DNA of 64,000 nt, taken from Eledone cirrhosa (Eukaryota). Made by a program: the position numbers and the translations under genes. The notes under the pieces were generated by a model. It was not told the origin of the DNA. It saw only the letters and a list, made by a program, of their open reading frames with translations, and searched no databases. Positions 39,556 to 52,677 of this stretch are shown here, piece by piece; the stretch's first letter is position 1, and the number at the start of each line of letters is the position of its first letter. The stretch lies in assembly GCA_964016885.1 (NCBI GenBank), contig OZ024744.1, forward strand, positions 117,428,001-117,492,000. Reading direction: 5' to 3'.

Positions 39556-40014
39556 ATGTATTCTTGAGTTTTATATCGAGTAATAATAATATTTGATTCA
39601 TTTCCAAGCAAACAGCCTCATTACGCTGTGTTTTAGATGACCATTGTCATCTTGTTGTTCTAGCAGTGGCACAGAGAAACAACTGATAATATTGTTTCTG
39701 AGTTATTACCCTTTGTCAAGATTGTGTATATCTCTCCTGTCACTCACTAGAACTCTTGAGAATATATTGTATTCTCTAAATCATACAGCGGCTGATTAGC
39801 CTCATTTGCATAACGAGTTATCTTATGGCTGGTTTTGCCGAAAATTAAAAACCAAATTAGTTTTGCCCTAACAGAGCAGTTATATAATTGCATTCGTGAG
39901 TTTTATATCAAACAACAGGATGATAATGGTCATCTAAAACACAGTATAATGAGGCTGTTTGCTTGGAAACAAATTGAATATTATTATTATTTGATATAAA
40001 ATTCACGAATGCAT
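39556..40014. mobile_element. MITE/foldback with ~100-bp imperfect inverted repeats, in the probable Shroom 3' UTR
   Basis: TTTCCAAGCAAACAGCCTCATTA...GTTTTAGATGACCATT versus AATGGTCATCTAAAACACAG...TAATGAGGCTGTTTGCTTGGAAA. Confidence 0.7.
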
Positions 40015-40456
40015 TTATGTATAATTTTGTTTTTAATTATGCATTAATTATTATACTTTAATTTATGGGATTAGCTTTGTAAAATATTTATATAATTCAT
40101 AGTATTAGCAACACATCCTCCTAAAGACATTAACTTAATATTTCTATTTTTTATATATATAATATAATGTATATCTCATGATTTGAGACATAGTTAATTA
40201 AATAGGTGATTAACAAAATGAAACAAGTTGTAATAAGAACATTTTTTTTTTTTTTTTCGAAATTAAATATAGAAATTTTTTTTTTCTAAGTAAAATAAAA
40301 AATGGAATATTTTTCAACAAAAATCTACATGTCAGATTTAAATAACTTAAAATTTCATTCAATTCAATTGGAATATTTTTGTGATGGTTTTGGAACAGTT
40401 TCTTTCAGAAAATTCTCTTTTGTCTGACAGAAATAACAATATAAATACACACACAT

Positions 40457-40505
<49 letters not shown>

Positions 40506-40758
40506 GATTGAAATGAAAAACTACATAAAAAAGGTTTATCTCAGAATTAACAGTGCCAGCTAATTGTGGATCCTTCTGTTTTTTTGTTTATTTTTTTTTC
40601 ATTCCATCAGAGGATCAGGTAAATTGTTGGTGGTGAAGAATATGATGGTGTGTGTCAGCCTATCCCAGAGGCTTACAAACAAATCATCTGGAATCAAATA
40701 ACAAAATACTCAGAGTAGAGATCTGTTGCTTAATAATAACAATTATTATTATGATTAA

Positions 40759-40975
40759 GAGTGGTAGGTTGGCAGAGTCGTTAGAGCGTCGGACAAATGT
40801 GTAGTAGTATTTGTCCACGGCCTTTAAACGTTCTGTCTTCAATTTCCACTGAGGTCAACTTTGCCTGTCATCCCTTCAAGGTCGATAAAATAAAGTACCA
40901 GTAATGCACTGGGTCGATTTAATCGACTTTCCCCTTTTCCTAAATTACTGGCCCCGTGCCTAAATTAGAAACCAT
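40759..40975 (+). mobile_element. tRNA-derived SINE, older diverged copy
   Basis: GAGGTCAACTTTGCCTGTCATCC...GTCGATAAAATAAAGTACCAGTAATGCACTGGGT, inverse of the 22109 family; (ATT)n tail. Confidence 0.75.
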
Positions 40976-42222
40976 TATTATTATAATTATTATTATAATT
41001 ATATATAATCTTTCAAAACATAACAAAAAAAGAAAGCTAAGACATTTGAACAAATAAACCCAATCAATTAATTATATAAGAAAGGTGAATGTGATGCAGG
41101 CCATCTGTTCCAGCTTGGAATGAAATATCGTGAATCAGGTCTTCTTTGATTTGCTTAATTTATTTGGTATTTTTTTCAGGGATTTAAAAAAAAATTTTTT
41201 TTTTTAAAGCTGGTATCCTTAAATGTTGTAATTTTACAATTCTTTGTTTCACTGGATTTGCTGAGAGATTTTATAAGGTTCTTTTATCTTTTTTTTTTCT
41301 TTTTTTTTTTGTAAAGCAAATTTTAACATTTTTTTTGCTGTCCAAAGGAAATGTTTTTAAAATGTGAAATGAATTAAAATGAAATGAAATAAGAAAATAA
41401 TTTTCATATCTACAATTGTCTCAGAATTTCTTTGATATATTTTCTCAGAACTCAGAATTGCTACCAAATCTGTCTAAAGGCTCCTTTGCTGGGATACCTT
41501 ATTACTTCAACACACACGGAGAGGCTTTTATTTCTAATTAGTGCCTTAAAAATAAATTATGGTTTCATATTTCAACATTATGATACTCTCTTGTTACCCG
41601 AATACTTTGCTCTGTGGAAATCTAGCAAAGAATGCACTTTGTAAAAGGACTTTCTTTCAATAAACTAAAAATATGAAAATACCTCAGTCTTGGTTAATTT
41701 TTGTTTGTTTTTAATGGTAAAGTACATCTGAGGAAATTCATTTCCTGCCAACAACTTTTATTCTCTATAATCAATGTTTTTACATGTATTTTCCAAATTC
41801 ATGTTATGGTATAGCTTTCTGTAAGGTTTAAGGAAGGGCAGATTTGGCTGTATGGGAACGGACTATAAAAACCATAAATGAGAGGAAAAGCAAGTACTCT
41901 AGGGCCACAGAAAAAAGGGAGGGTGGTGGGCTATGGGCCTATGGCACATTGGTGTTGAGGCTGCACCCCATGGACAAAACTGCAAGAACATTTCTGCAGA
42001 CAATGGCCAGCGGCACAAACTACAATAGCCACCCCACCTCATGGGGCTCCTTCCTTGGCTGCTGATGTTCCAATCTTGCAGAGGAGCTCAGCAGTACTGG
42101 GTCCAAGTACACCAAGTTAAGAATGGGTTTTCTCAGAGAATTTGTTGGTTATTTTTTTACTATATTGATAATATTTTTGGCTAGAAGATTTTTCAACAAA
42201 ACATCATGCAATTCCCATTGTT

Positions 42223-42808
42223 TTAAACCTTTAGTTATCCGCCAGCCAAAACCAATTCTGGTTCTATCAAATAAAACCACCCATTATAAAGAGTTCCTAT
42301 TTAACCCTTTAGTTACCAACCCAGCCAAAACCAGCTCTGGTTCTATCAAATAAAACCATCCATTATAAAGAGTTCCTATTTAACCCTTTAGTTACCAACC
42401 CAGCCAAAACCAGCTCTGGTTCTATCAAATAAAACCATCCATTATAAAGAGTTCCTATTTAACCCTTTAGTTACCAACCCAGCCAAAACCAGCTCTGGTT
42501 CTATCAAATAAAACCACCCATTATAAAGAGTTCCTATTTAACCCTTTAGTTACAAACCCAGCCAAAACTAGTTCTATTTTTATCAAATAAAACCATCCAT
42601 TATAAAGAGTTCCTATTTAACCCTTTAGTTACCAACCCAGCCAAAACCAGCTCTGGAAATAAAACCATCCATTATAAAGAGTTCCAATTCCAATTAAAAT
42701 CTTTAAACATAATTTTATATATAATAATTTTAGTAAATTCCTTAAAATTCTTCATTAATTAATTAAAAGAGGGTGTATTTCATTAGAAATATGGTCATGA
42801 AAGGGTTA
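42223..42808 (-). mobile_element. piggyBac-like MITE (inverted) with ~5.5 tandem 79-bp terminal repeats
   Basis: TTAACCCTTT at 42301, 42380, 42459, 42538 and 42617; reverse complement of the 30413 element. Confidence 0.65.
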
Positions 42809-42897
42809 TATACTTGTGAAAAAGTCAAGTTTGTTTAGACTATTTTTTTTACAGTTAAATTTATGGGGTCGATTATTATATGGATAGTACTTTTTCA

Positions 42898-45800
42898 TCA
42901 CCTCATCACAGGCATGTTAAAGTCACACTCATCACAGGTGTGTTAAAGTTACACTCATCACAAGTGTGTTACAGTTATACTCATCATTTCATTCCAGGTG
43001 TGTTAAAGTCCCACCCACCACAGGTGGATTCCAGTCACACTCATAACAGTTGTGTTCCAACCACACTCATCACAGGTGTGTTAAAGTCATACGCATCACT
43101 GGTGTGTTAAAGTCACACTCATCACATGGGTCTTAAATTGACACACATCACCTCATCACAAGTGTGTTCGTCACACTCATCACAAGTGTGTTAGTCACAC
43201 TCATCACAGGTGTGTTAAAGTTCCGCTCATCACAGGTGTGTTCCAGTCACACTCGTCACAAGGGTGTTCCAGTCCCACTCATCACAGGTGTGTTAAAGTC
43301 CCACTCATCACCGGTGTGTTCCAGTCACACTCATTACAGGTGTGTTAAAGTCACACTCATCACGTGTTAAATTGACACTCATCATCTCATCACAAGTGTG
43401 TTCCAGTCACACTCATCACAGGTGTGTTCTAGTCACACTCATCACAGGTGTTAAAGTCACACTCATCACATGGGTGTTAAATTGACACACATCACCTCAT
43501 CACAAGTGTGTTCGTCACACTCATCACAGGTGTGTTAAAGTTCCGCTGATCACAGGTGTGTTCCAGTCACACTCATCACAGGTGTGTTCCAGTCACACTC
43601 GTCACAAGGGTGTTCCAGTCCCACTCATCACAGGTGTGTTAAAGTCCCACTCATCACCGGTGTGTTCCAGTCACACTCATCACAGGTGTGTTAAAGTACC
43701 ACTCATCACAGGTGTGTTAAATTGCCACTCATCACAAGTGTGTTCCAGTCCCACTCATCACCGGTGTGTTCCAGTCACACTCATCACAGGTGTGTTAAAG
43801 TACCACTCATCACAGGTGTGTTAAATTCCCACTCATCACAGGTGTGTTCCAGTTACACCCACCACAGGTGTGTTAAAGTCACATGCATCACTGGTGTGTT
43901 AAAGTCACACTCATTACAGGTATGTTAAATTGACACTCATCACCTCATCACAGGTGTGTTAGAGTCACACTCTTCACAGGCATGTTACAGTCCCACTCAT
44001 CACAGGTATGTTCCAGTCACACTCATTACAGGTATGTTAAATTGACACTCATCACCTCATCACAGGTGTGTTAGAGTCACACTCTTCACAGGCATGTTAC
44101 AGTCCCACTCATCACAGGTATGTTCCAGTCACACTCATCACAGGTGTATTCTAGTCACACTCATCACCTCATCACAGGTGTGTTAGAGTCACACTCTTCA
44201 CAGGCATGTTACAGTCCCACTCATCACATGTATGTTCCAGTCACACTCATCACAGGTGTATTCTAGTCACACTCATCACCTCATCACAGGTGTGTTAGAG
44301 TCACACTCTTCACAGGCATGTTACAGTCCCACTCATCACAGGTATGTTCCAGTCACACTCATCACAGGTGTATTCTAGTCACACTCATCACCTCATCACA
44401 GGCGTGTTAAAGTCACACTCATCACAGGTGTGTTCCAGTCACATTCATCACAAGGGTGTTCCAGTCCCACTCATCGCAGGTGTGTTCCAGTCACACTCAT
44501 CACAGGTGTGTTCCAGTCACACTCATCACAGGTGTGTTCCAGTCACACTCATCACAGGTGTGTTAAAGTCACACTCATCACATGTGTGTTAAATTGACAC
44601 TCATCACCTCATCACAAGTGTGTTAGAGTCACACTCATCACATGTGTGTTAAAGTTCCGCTCATCACAGGTGTCTTCCAGTCACACTCATCACAGGTGTC
44701 TTCCAGTCACACTCATCACAGGTGTGTTCTAGTCACACTCATCACTTCATCATATGTGTTCCAGTCACACTCATCACAGGTGTGTTAAAGTCACACTCAT
44801 CACATGTGTTAAATTGACACTCATCATCTCATCACAAGTGTGTTCCAGTCACACTCATCACAGGTGTGTTCTAGTCACACTCATCACAGGTGTTAAAGTC
44901 ACACTCATCACATGGGTGTTAAATTGACACACATCACCTCATCACAAGTGTGTTCGTCACACTCATCACAGGTGTGTTAAAGTTCCGCTCATCACAGGTG
45001 TGTTCCAGTCACACTCATCACAGGTGTGTTCCAGTCACACTCATCACAAGGGTGTTCAAGTCCCACTCATCACAGGTGTGTTCCAGTCACACTCATCACA
45101 AGTGTGTTCCAGTCACACTCATCACAGGTGTGTTTCAGTCACACTCATCACAGGTGTGTTAAAGTACCACTCATCACAGGTGTGTTAAATTCCCACTCAT
45201 CACAGGTGTGTTAAAGTCCTACTCATCACAGGTGTGTTCCAGTTCCACTCATCAAAGGTGTGTTCCAGTCACACTCATCACAGGTGTATTCCAGTCACAC
45301 TCATCACAAGGGTGTTAAAGTCATACTCATCACAGGTGTGTTAGTCACACTCATCACATGTGTGTTCCAGTCACACACATCACAGGTGTGTTAGAGTCAC
45401 ACTCATCACATGTGTGTTCCAGTCACACACATCACAGGTGTGTTAGAGTCACACTCATCACAGGTGTGTTCCAGTCACACACATCACAGGTGTGTTAGAG
45501 TCACACTCATCACAGGTGTGTTCCAGTCACACACATCACATGTGTGTTAGAGTCACACTCATCACAGGTGTGTTCCAGTCACACACATCACATGTGTGTT
45601 AGAGTCACACTCATCACAGGTGTGTTCCAGTCACACACATCACAGGTGTGTTAGAGTCACACTCATCACATGTGTGTTCCAGTCACACACATCACAGGTG
45701 TGTTAGAGTCACACTCATCACAGGTGTGTTCCAGTCACACTCATCACAGGTGTGTTCCAGTCACACTTAACACAAGGGTGTTAAAGCCACACACATCACA

Positions 45801-45918
45801 GGTGTGTTCCAGTTACACTCATCACAGGTGTGTTCCAGTCACACTCATCACAGGTGTGTTAGAGTCACTCATCACAGGTGTGTTCCAGTCACACTCATCA
45901 CCTCATCTCAGGTGTGTT
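42898..45918. repeat. ~26-bp minisatellite (~3 kb)
   Basis: Unit CACACTCATCACAGGTGTGTT(CCAGT/AAAGT/AGAGT) with variants. Confidence 0.95.
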
Positions 45919-46684
45919 ATCATACAATATATAAATGCTGTATTTATAATTAGTTCAGTACAATTTAAAGTTTCAAATACCAAAGTTGATTAAAATTAGA
46001 AACACAACACTACTCTCCATCAATAATTTAGTAACATTGTTCTATGTAAGGGTTGTTGACCCACAAATGTTGACCTTTTATCCTTGAAATAGTACTAGGG
46101 TCAACTTTTATATGAAGTCTATGGAAAATTCCCGATTTTTTAGCCAAAAATAGGGGCTGACTTCTACATGAGGTTCACTTTCACTCAAGTCCCTATGCTG
46201 TTAAATAAAGCTAAGAAAAAGAAAATCTTGTATGTTACAAGAATGTTTTTATCTTTCAGCTTTCAATTCAATATTCATGCACACCCTTCCATATGGTCAT
46301 AAATCACAGATACAATTACAAATACAAGTAGCCAATAGAGAGTTCTTCTGAAGGGTCTTTTGGGCAACGTCACTCGACAGAGGGCATAGCTCGAAGATCA
46401 GAGAGTCACTCCAGGTAGAGCCACTACTTCTCTGAATTGAGAGATCACAGCTCTGATACTACGACATGTGGTCATAATGTCTCAGGAAATAATCTATAGA
46501 TTGAGAGAGCACAGCTCTGATACCATGGTCATGTGGTTAGAATGTCTCATGAAAGAATCTCTGAATTGAGAGATCACAGCTCTGATACTACAGTCATGTG
46601 GTTAGAATATCTCAGGAAAGAATTACTGGACAGATTTTACTGGCAGAACCAACTTGAGAAAGATCTTTGGAGACGTTTGCTTCT

Positions 46685-47310
46685 GTGTTAGACTAGGATG
46701 TGTGTTTTGTTCTTGAACAAAACACTTCATTTCACATTACTCCAGTATACTACAGTGGAGGTATGTAGTGGCCTAGTGGTAAGGGTGTTAGACTAGGATG
46801 TGTGTTTTGTTCTTGAACAAAACACTTCATTTCACATTACTCCAGTATACTACAGTGGAGGTATGTAGTGGCCTAGTGGTAAGGGTGTTAGACTAGGATG
46901 TGTGTTTTGTTCTTGAACAAAACACTTCATTTCACATTACTCCAGTATACTACAGTGGAGGTATGTAGTGGCCTAGTGGTAAGGGTGTTAGACTAGGATG
47001 TGTGTTTTGTTCTTGAACAAAACACTTCATTTCACATTACTCCAGTATACTAGTGGAGGTATGTAGTGGCCTAGTGGTAAGGGTGTTAGACTAGGATGTG
47101 TGTTTTGTTCTTGAACAAAACACTTCATTTCACATTACTCCAGTATACTACAGTGGAGGTATGTAGTGGCCTAGTGGTAAGGGTGTTAGACTGGGTTGTG
47201 TGTTTTGTTCTTGAACAAAACACTTCATTTCACATTACTCCAGTATACTACAGTGGAGGTATGTGGTTGCCTAGAGGTAAGGGTGTTAGACTGGGTTGTG
47301 TGTTGTGTTC
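46685..47310 (+). repeat. 100-bp tandem array derived from a tRNA-SINE head (A box kept, B box lost)
   Basis: GACTAGGATG at 46691, 46791, 46891 and 46991; the unit has GTGGCCTAGTGGTAAGG and CTTGAACAAAACACTTCATTTCACATT, homologous to SINE 27516. Confidence 0.85.
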
Positions 47311-48009
47311 GTAAAATGTAAGTTTCCTTGTTGGATTGCTTATTGACATAGACGTGAGGGAAGGTCCCTCTTCTATTTACCATCTTTGTATTTACAATAT
47401 TCCTTTCGTCATATCATCAATTCCAGCAGCATGGTGTATAAATGTTATTGAGACACGAGTAACATAATAATGACTTCAACAGCAGACATTAGAGATGAAA
47501 TGTATGTTTATTTTGTTGTAGCACAAATAATTGTTTCTACTTTAGGCACAAGGCCAGCAATAACCCAGTGCATTACTGCTACTTTATTTTATCGACCCCG
47601 TAAGGATGAAAGGCAAAGTCAACCTCGGCGGGATTTGAACTTAGATCGTAAAGGGACGTAACTATGCTGCAAAGCATGGCGTCCGACCCTCTACCGATAC
47701 TGCCAATCCACAGCATAATGTTGGTCAACTTGCATAGCTGAAGTTACACATAAAAATGAGGTTACAAAAGGGAATGTGCAATTGTGCCGGAAAGCCGGCA
47801 GGCTAAGGTGCAAAATCTCACCGTCACATGTTGTACGTGTTGCTGGTTCGAAGTTCCTGGTGCGAGAGAGTTATTCTTCAAATCTTTTCGGGTAATTTCT
47901 CCCTCAGGGCGCATAGGGATACATCCTCTTCTACTGGCACTGATTGGCTGAGCTGAGCCAAATCACGCACAGAGAATGTATATGAGCCCGCGGAATGTAG
48001 GTCACTACA
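47311..48009 (-). repeat. 3' LTR of the minus-strand element (contains a SINE insertion)
   Basis: Starts TGTAGTGACC right after the PPT, has AGCCAATCAG (CCAAT-like), and ends in sequence shared with 57339-57419. Confidence 0.68.
47530..47710 (-). mobile_element. tRNA-derived SINE inserted in the LTR
   Basis: Near-identical to 34398-34582. Confidence 0.85.
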
Positions 48010-48856
48010 ATACCCCTCTTCTAGACGGAAGTCGATACGGATTATTGAATCAGCAAGAACAAATGCTGAAAGAGCACATCAGTTTAAAAAAAATAATTGA
48101 GCAGAAGGCTGCATGCAAGAAAAAAAATGAGGCACTACGGGCCGTGTTGAGCCGCTGTGTCAAATGACTAGCTGTTTTGTAGTTTATGCCTGACCACCAA
48201 AGGTCTAACAAAAACGGATAAAGTCTGACATGGGCGAAGTTGCTGTTCTTGCATTAAATGTTAATGGTAAGTGTTGTACCAGTAGCTGTGGACGAAGCTA
48301 TTATGGTAGTTTACCAGTGCTGGCAAGAAGATGATGGGTAGGCGAGAAAATGTTGGCCTCCCAGATGTATTGCCGAATGTGCTAGGGAGCCAGGAAAAAA
48401 TGGCTGGTTGCTTTGAAAAGAAAAAAAAAGCAAGATTAATCTGGAGGTGGGTTGCAGTGTATATTCCATAATTCGGGCGAATCCACAGAAGTGGTGGAAA
48501 GGGATCTCGCAGAATATTACGTTTGAAGAACATGTACCAAGAACAACACGTTGGTGTGTGACAAAGAAGTGTGTGCATATGCAAGCATGCAAAACAGCAA
48601 AGAATGTGAATGAACAAAAACCATGAGCAAGCAAATAGCAAAAGAGCACAAAACAGGTAAATGCATTCTACAAAGAAATATGTGAATGTAACAAACTGAT
48701 AATTCAAAGTGAATATAAGGGAGCAGAGAAATTAATGATCAATGATAAGTTCAAAGTTTTTCAAAGTCAAATAGTTCACACATCACCAGTGTACAGACTT
48801 TCTGACACTAGTTCTATCTGAAAACTGAAAAAGAAGTTTGTTAATGCCACTCGGGG

Positions 48857-48925
48857 TTAGATGTATATTGTTTTTGAGAGTTTTCGTGGCCATACTACTG
48901 TCCTGCCACCTCGTGTGACAAAAGG
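48857..48925 (-). pseudogene. Gypsy Pol/integrase extreme C-terminal remnant (repeated in each unit)
   Basis: PFVTRGGRTVVWPRKLSKTIYI* aligns with TTTCSGRTVHWPRKLCSNIN* at 62210-62272, the end of the + strand Gypsy pol. Confidence 0.72.
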
Positions 48926-49085
48926 TTGTGTTGCTTGTTGTTAAAGCAAAGTCAATGAATCTTCTGTAGAGTCGCAGTCGAGCGTTGAAGAACCCAGAGT
49001 CACCAATATGGCAGCCACGTCTGACGACATAATAGTGAGAAAGCTAATGTCTTAATTTCTCGAGTCCTTGTGGTAACGAGACAGA

Positions 49086-49820
49086 ATGTCTGATTTAACC
49101 AGTTCTACCATATGGGCTGTGACAGCTGCAGGTCGCGGGAAAATAAAATTCAGTTTTTTGAGCAAGACTACCAAGGAATTCGATATTTTAAGTGACACTT
49201 CCTTCCAACCCCAGAAAAGAACCATATTCTCAGGAGGGGATATAAATGCTTCATATACTTTTATAAATACCAAATCCAATACCCAAGAGATATTACCCAA
49301 GCATCTTCTTCACCTCATGGTTAGGTACTGCCAGAAATATTTGGTGTTTGACATCAACGATGATTTGCGAAAGTATGATTTTCTTAACCAGAAGAGTTCT
49401 GTAAGTCCAGCCGATTTTTTTACGATCAATGAGGACTCCAGCTTCCCGACTCCGACAGCAGCCGATTCCACACCCAATCAACACCACGGCTTACCTCTGT
49501 ACATCGTAACATTGTATAAAGTAGAGAACGCAGGCATGAGCCTAGAAGTAGGAGAATATAAGCAGAGTATAGTCAAAAGTTTCAATAATGACAGGATGAC
49601 CCATCCATATCGACACACACATGACATGCTCACAAACGGATCATTAAGCCACATTGTTAAAAATGATCAGATTTTTCAGATCATGGCCGCAATGGACTAC
49701 TTTCTGTTCTATTATAAGGAGCACGAGCTGTCTTTACTGAGAGGCACAGTCTTAACGAGATATGAAGGTATGCATATAGTTACCACAGAGAATGTAGGTC
49801 ACTACAATACCCCCTCCTAG
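49086..49820 (+). CDS. Endogenous rhabdovirus-like nucleoprotein (N), N-terminal ~235 aa, copy 1
   Basis: LPLYIVTLYKV...EYKQSI...NDQIFQIMAAMDYFLFYYKEHELSLLRGTVLTRY versus VSV N as recalled, LPLYLLGLYRV...EYRKKL...NDSNYTKIVAAVDMFFHMFKKHECASFRYGTIVSRF; similar distance from the start Met. Confidence 0.82.
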   Translation: MSDLTSSTIWAVTAAGRGKIKFSFLSKTTKEFDILSDTSFQPQKRTIFSGGDINASYTFINTKSNTQEILPKHLLHLMVRYCQKYLVFDINDDLRKYDFLNQKSSVSPADFFTINEDSSFPTPTAADSTPNQHHGLPLYIVTLYKVENAGMSLEVGEYKQSIVKSFNNDRMTHPYRHTHDMLTNGSLSHIVKNDQIFQIMAAMDYFLFYYKEHELSLLRGTVLTRYEGMHIVTTENVGHYNTPS

Positions 49821-50881
49821 ACAGAAGTCGATACGGATTATCGAATCAGCAAGAACAAATGCTGAAAGAGCACATCAGTTTAAAAATAATAATTGAGCAG
49901 AAGGCTGCATGCAAGAAGAAAAATGATGCGCTAAGGGCCGTGTTGAGCGGCTGTGTCAAATGACTAGCTGTTTTGTAGTTTATACGTGACCACCAAAGGT
50001 CTAACAAAAACGGATAAAGTCTGATATGGGCGAAGTTGCTGTTCTTGCATTAAATGTTAATGGTAAGTGTTGTACCAGTAGCTGTGGACGAAGCTATTAT
50101 GGTAGTTTACCAGTGCTGGCAAGAAGATGATGGGTAGGCGAGAAAATGTTGGCCTCCCAGATGTATTGCCGAATGTGCTAGGGAGCCAGGAAAAAATGGC
50201 TGGTTGCTTTGAAAAGAAAAAAAAAGCAAGTTTAATCTGTAGGTGGGTTGCAGTGTAAATTCCATAATTCGGGCAAATCCACAGAAGTGGTGGAAAGGGA
50301 TCTCGCAGAATATTACGTTTGAAGAACATGTACTAAGAACAACACTTTGGTGTGTGACAAAGAAATGTGTGCATATGCAAGTATGCAAAACAGCAAAGAA
50401 TGTGAATGAACAAAAACCATGAGCAAGCAAATAACAAAAGAGCCCAAAACAAGTAAATGCATTCTACAAAGAAATATGTGAATGTAACATACTGATAATT
50501 CAAAGTGAATATAAGGGAGCAGAGAAATTAATGATCAATGATAAGTTCAAAGTTTTTCAAAGTCAAATAGTTCACACATCACCAGTGTACAGACTTTCTG
50601 ACACTAGTTCTATCTGAAAACTGAAAAAGAAGTTTGTTAATGCCACTAGGGGTTAGATGTATATTGTTTTTGAGAGTTTTCGTGGCCATTCTACCGTCCT
50701 GCCACCTCGTGTGACAAAAGGTTGTGTTGCTTGTTGTTAAAGCAAAGTCAATGAATCTTCTGTAGAGTCGCAGTCGAGCGTTGAAGAACCCAGAGTCACC
50801 AATATGGCAGCCACGTCTGACGACATAATAGTGAGAAAGCTAATGTCTTAATTTCTCGAGTCCATGTGGTAACGAGACAGA

Positions 50882-51616
50882 ATGTCTGATTTAACCAGTT
50901 CTACCATATGGGCTGTGACAGCTGCAGGTCGCGGGAAAATAAAATTCAGTTTTTTGAGCAAGACTACCAAGGAATTCGATATTTTAAGTGACACTTCCTT
51001 CCAACCCCAGAAAAGAACCATATTCTCAGGAGGGGATATAAATGCTTCATATACTTTTATAAATACCAAATCCAATACCCAAGAGATATTACCCAAGCAT
51101 CTTCTTCACCTCATGGTTAGGTACTGCCAGAAATATTTGGTGTTTGACATCAACGATGATTTGCGAAAGTATGATTTTCTTAACCAGAAGAGTTCTGTAA
51201 GTCCAGCCGATTTTTTTACGATCAATGAGGACTCCAGCTTCCCGACTCCGACAGCAGCCGATTCCACACCCAATCAACACCACGGCTTACCTCTGTACAT
51301 CGTAACATTGTATAAAGTAGAGAACGCAGGCATGAGCCTAGAAGTAGGAGAATATAAGCAGAGTATAGTCAAAAGTTTCAATAATGACAGGATGACCCAT
51401 CCATATCGACACACACATGACATGCTCACAAACGGATCATTAAGCCACATTGTTAAAAATGATCAGATTTTTCAGATCATGGCCGCAATGGACTACTTTC
51501 TGTTCTATTATAAGGAGCACGAGCTGTCTTTACTGAGAGGCACAGTCTTAACGAGATATGAAGGTATGCATATAGTTACCACAGAGAATGTAGGTCACTA
51601 CAATACCCCCTCCTAG
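50882..51616 (+). CDS. Endogenous rhabdovirus-like nucleoprotein fragment, copy 2
   Basis: Same 244-aa translation as copy 1. Confidence 0.82.
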   Translation: MSDLTSSTIWAVTAAGRGKIKFSFLSKTTKEFDILSDTSFQPQKRTIFSGGDINASYTFINTKSNTQEILPKHLLHLMVRYCQKYLVFDINDDLRKYDFLNQKSSVSPADFFTINEDSSFPTPTAADSTPNQHHGLPLYIVTLYKVENAGMSLEVGEYKQSIVKSFNNDRMTHPYRHTHDMLTNGSLSHIVKNDQIFQIMAAMDYFLFYYKEHELSLLRGTVLTRYEGMHIVTTENVGHYNTPS

Positions 51617-52677
51617 ACAGAAGTCGATACGGATTATCGAATCAGCAAGAACAAATGCTGAAAGAGCACATCAGTTTAAAAATAATAATTGAGCAGAAGG
51701 CTGCATGCAAGAAGAAAAATGATGCGCTAAGGGCCGTGTTGAGCGGCTGTGTCAAATGACTAGCTGTTTTGTAGTTTATACGTGACCACCAAAGGTCTAA
51801 CAAAAACGGATAAAGTCTGATATGGGCGAAGTTGCTGTTCTTGCATTAAATGTTAATGGTAAGTGTTGTACCAGTAGCTGTGGACGAAGCTATTATGGTA
51901 GTTTACCAGTGCTGGCAAGAAGATGATGGGTAGGCGAGAAAATGTTGGCCTCCCAGATGTATTGCCGAATGTGCTAGGGAGCCAGGAAAAAATGGCTGGT
52001 TGCTTTGAAAAGAAAAAAAAAGCAAGTTTAATCTGTAGGTGGGTTGCAGTGTAAATTCCATAATTCGGGCAAATCCACAGAAGTGGTGGAAAGGGATCTC
52101 GCAGAATATTACGTTTGAAGAACATGTACTAAGAACAACACTTTGGTGTGTGACAAAGAAATGTGTGCATATGCAAGTATGCAAAACAGCAAAGAATGTG
52201 AATGAACAAAAACCATGAGCAAGCAAATAACAAAAGAGCCCAAAACAAGTAAATGCATTCTACAAAGAAATATGTGAATGTAACAAACTGATAATTCAAA
52301 GTGAATATAAGGGAGCAGAGAAATTAATGATCAATGATAAGTTCAAAGTTTTTCAAAGTCAAATAGTTCACACATCACCAGTGTACAGACTTTCTGACAC
52401 TAGTTCTATCTGAAAACTGAAAAAGAAGTTTGTTAATGCCACTAGGGGTTAGATGTATATTGTTTTTGAGAGTTTTCGTGGCCATTCTACCGTCCTGCCA
52501 CCTCGTGTGACAAAAGGTTGTGTTGCTTGTTGTTAAAGCAAAGTCAATGAATCTTCTGTAGAGTCGCAGTCGAGCGTTGAAGAACCCAGAGTCACCAATA
52601 TGGCAGCCACGTCTGACGACATAATAGTGAGAAAGCTAATGTCTTAATTTCTCGAGTCCTTGTGGTAACGAGACAGA

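Noticed and set aside
46850-46900. tRNA genes in the 100-bp array and at 27520
   Set aside because: Only A-box/D-arm similarity; no complete cloverleaf; these are SINE heads.
48261-48707. Minus-strand ORFs repeated in each 1796-bp unit as a second viral gene
   Set aside because: They lie between the Pol stop and the PPT (Gypsy 3' UTR), vary in length between units and show no recognisable motifs.
49008-49085. Upstream in-frame ATG (MAATSDDIIVRKLMS*) as the true N start
   Set aside because: Two stops intervene, the region is probably Gypsy-derived antisense sequence, and motif spacing fits the ATG at 49086.
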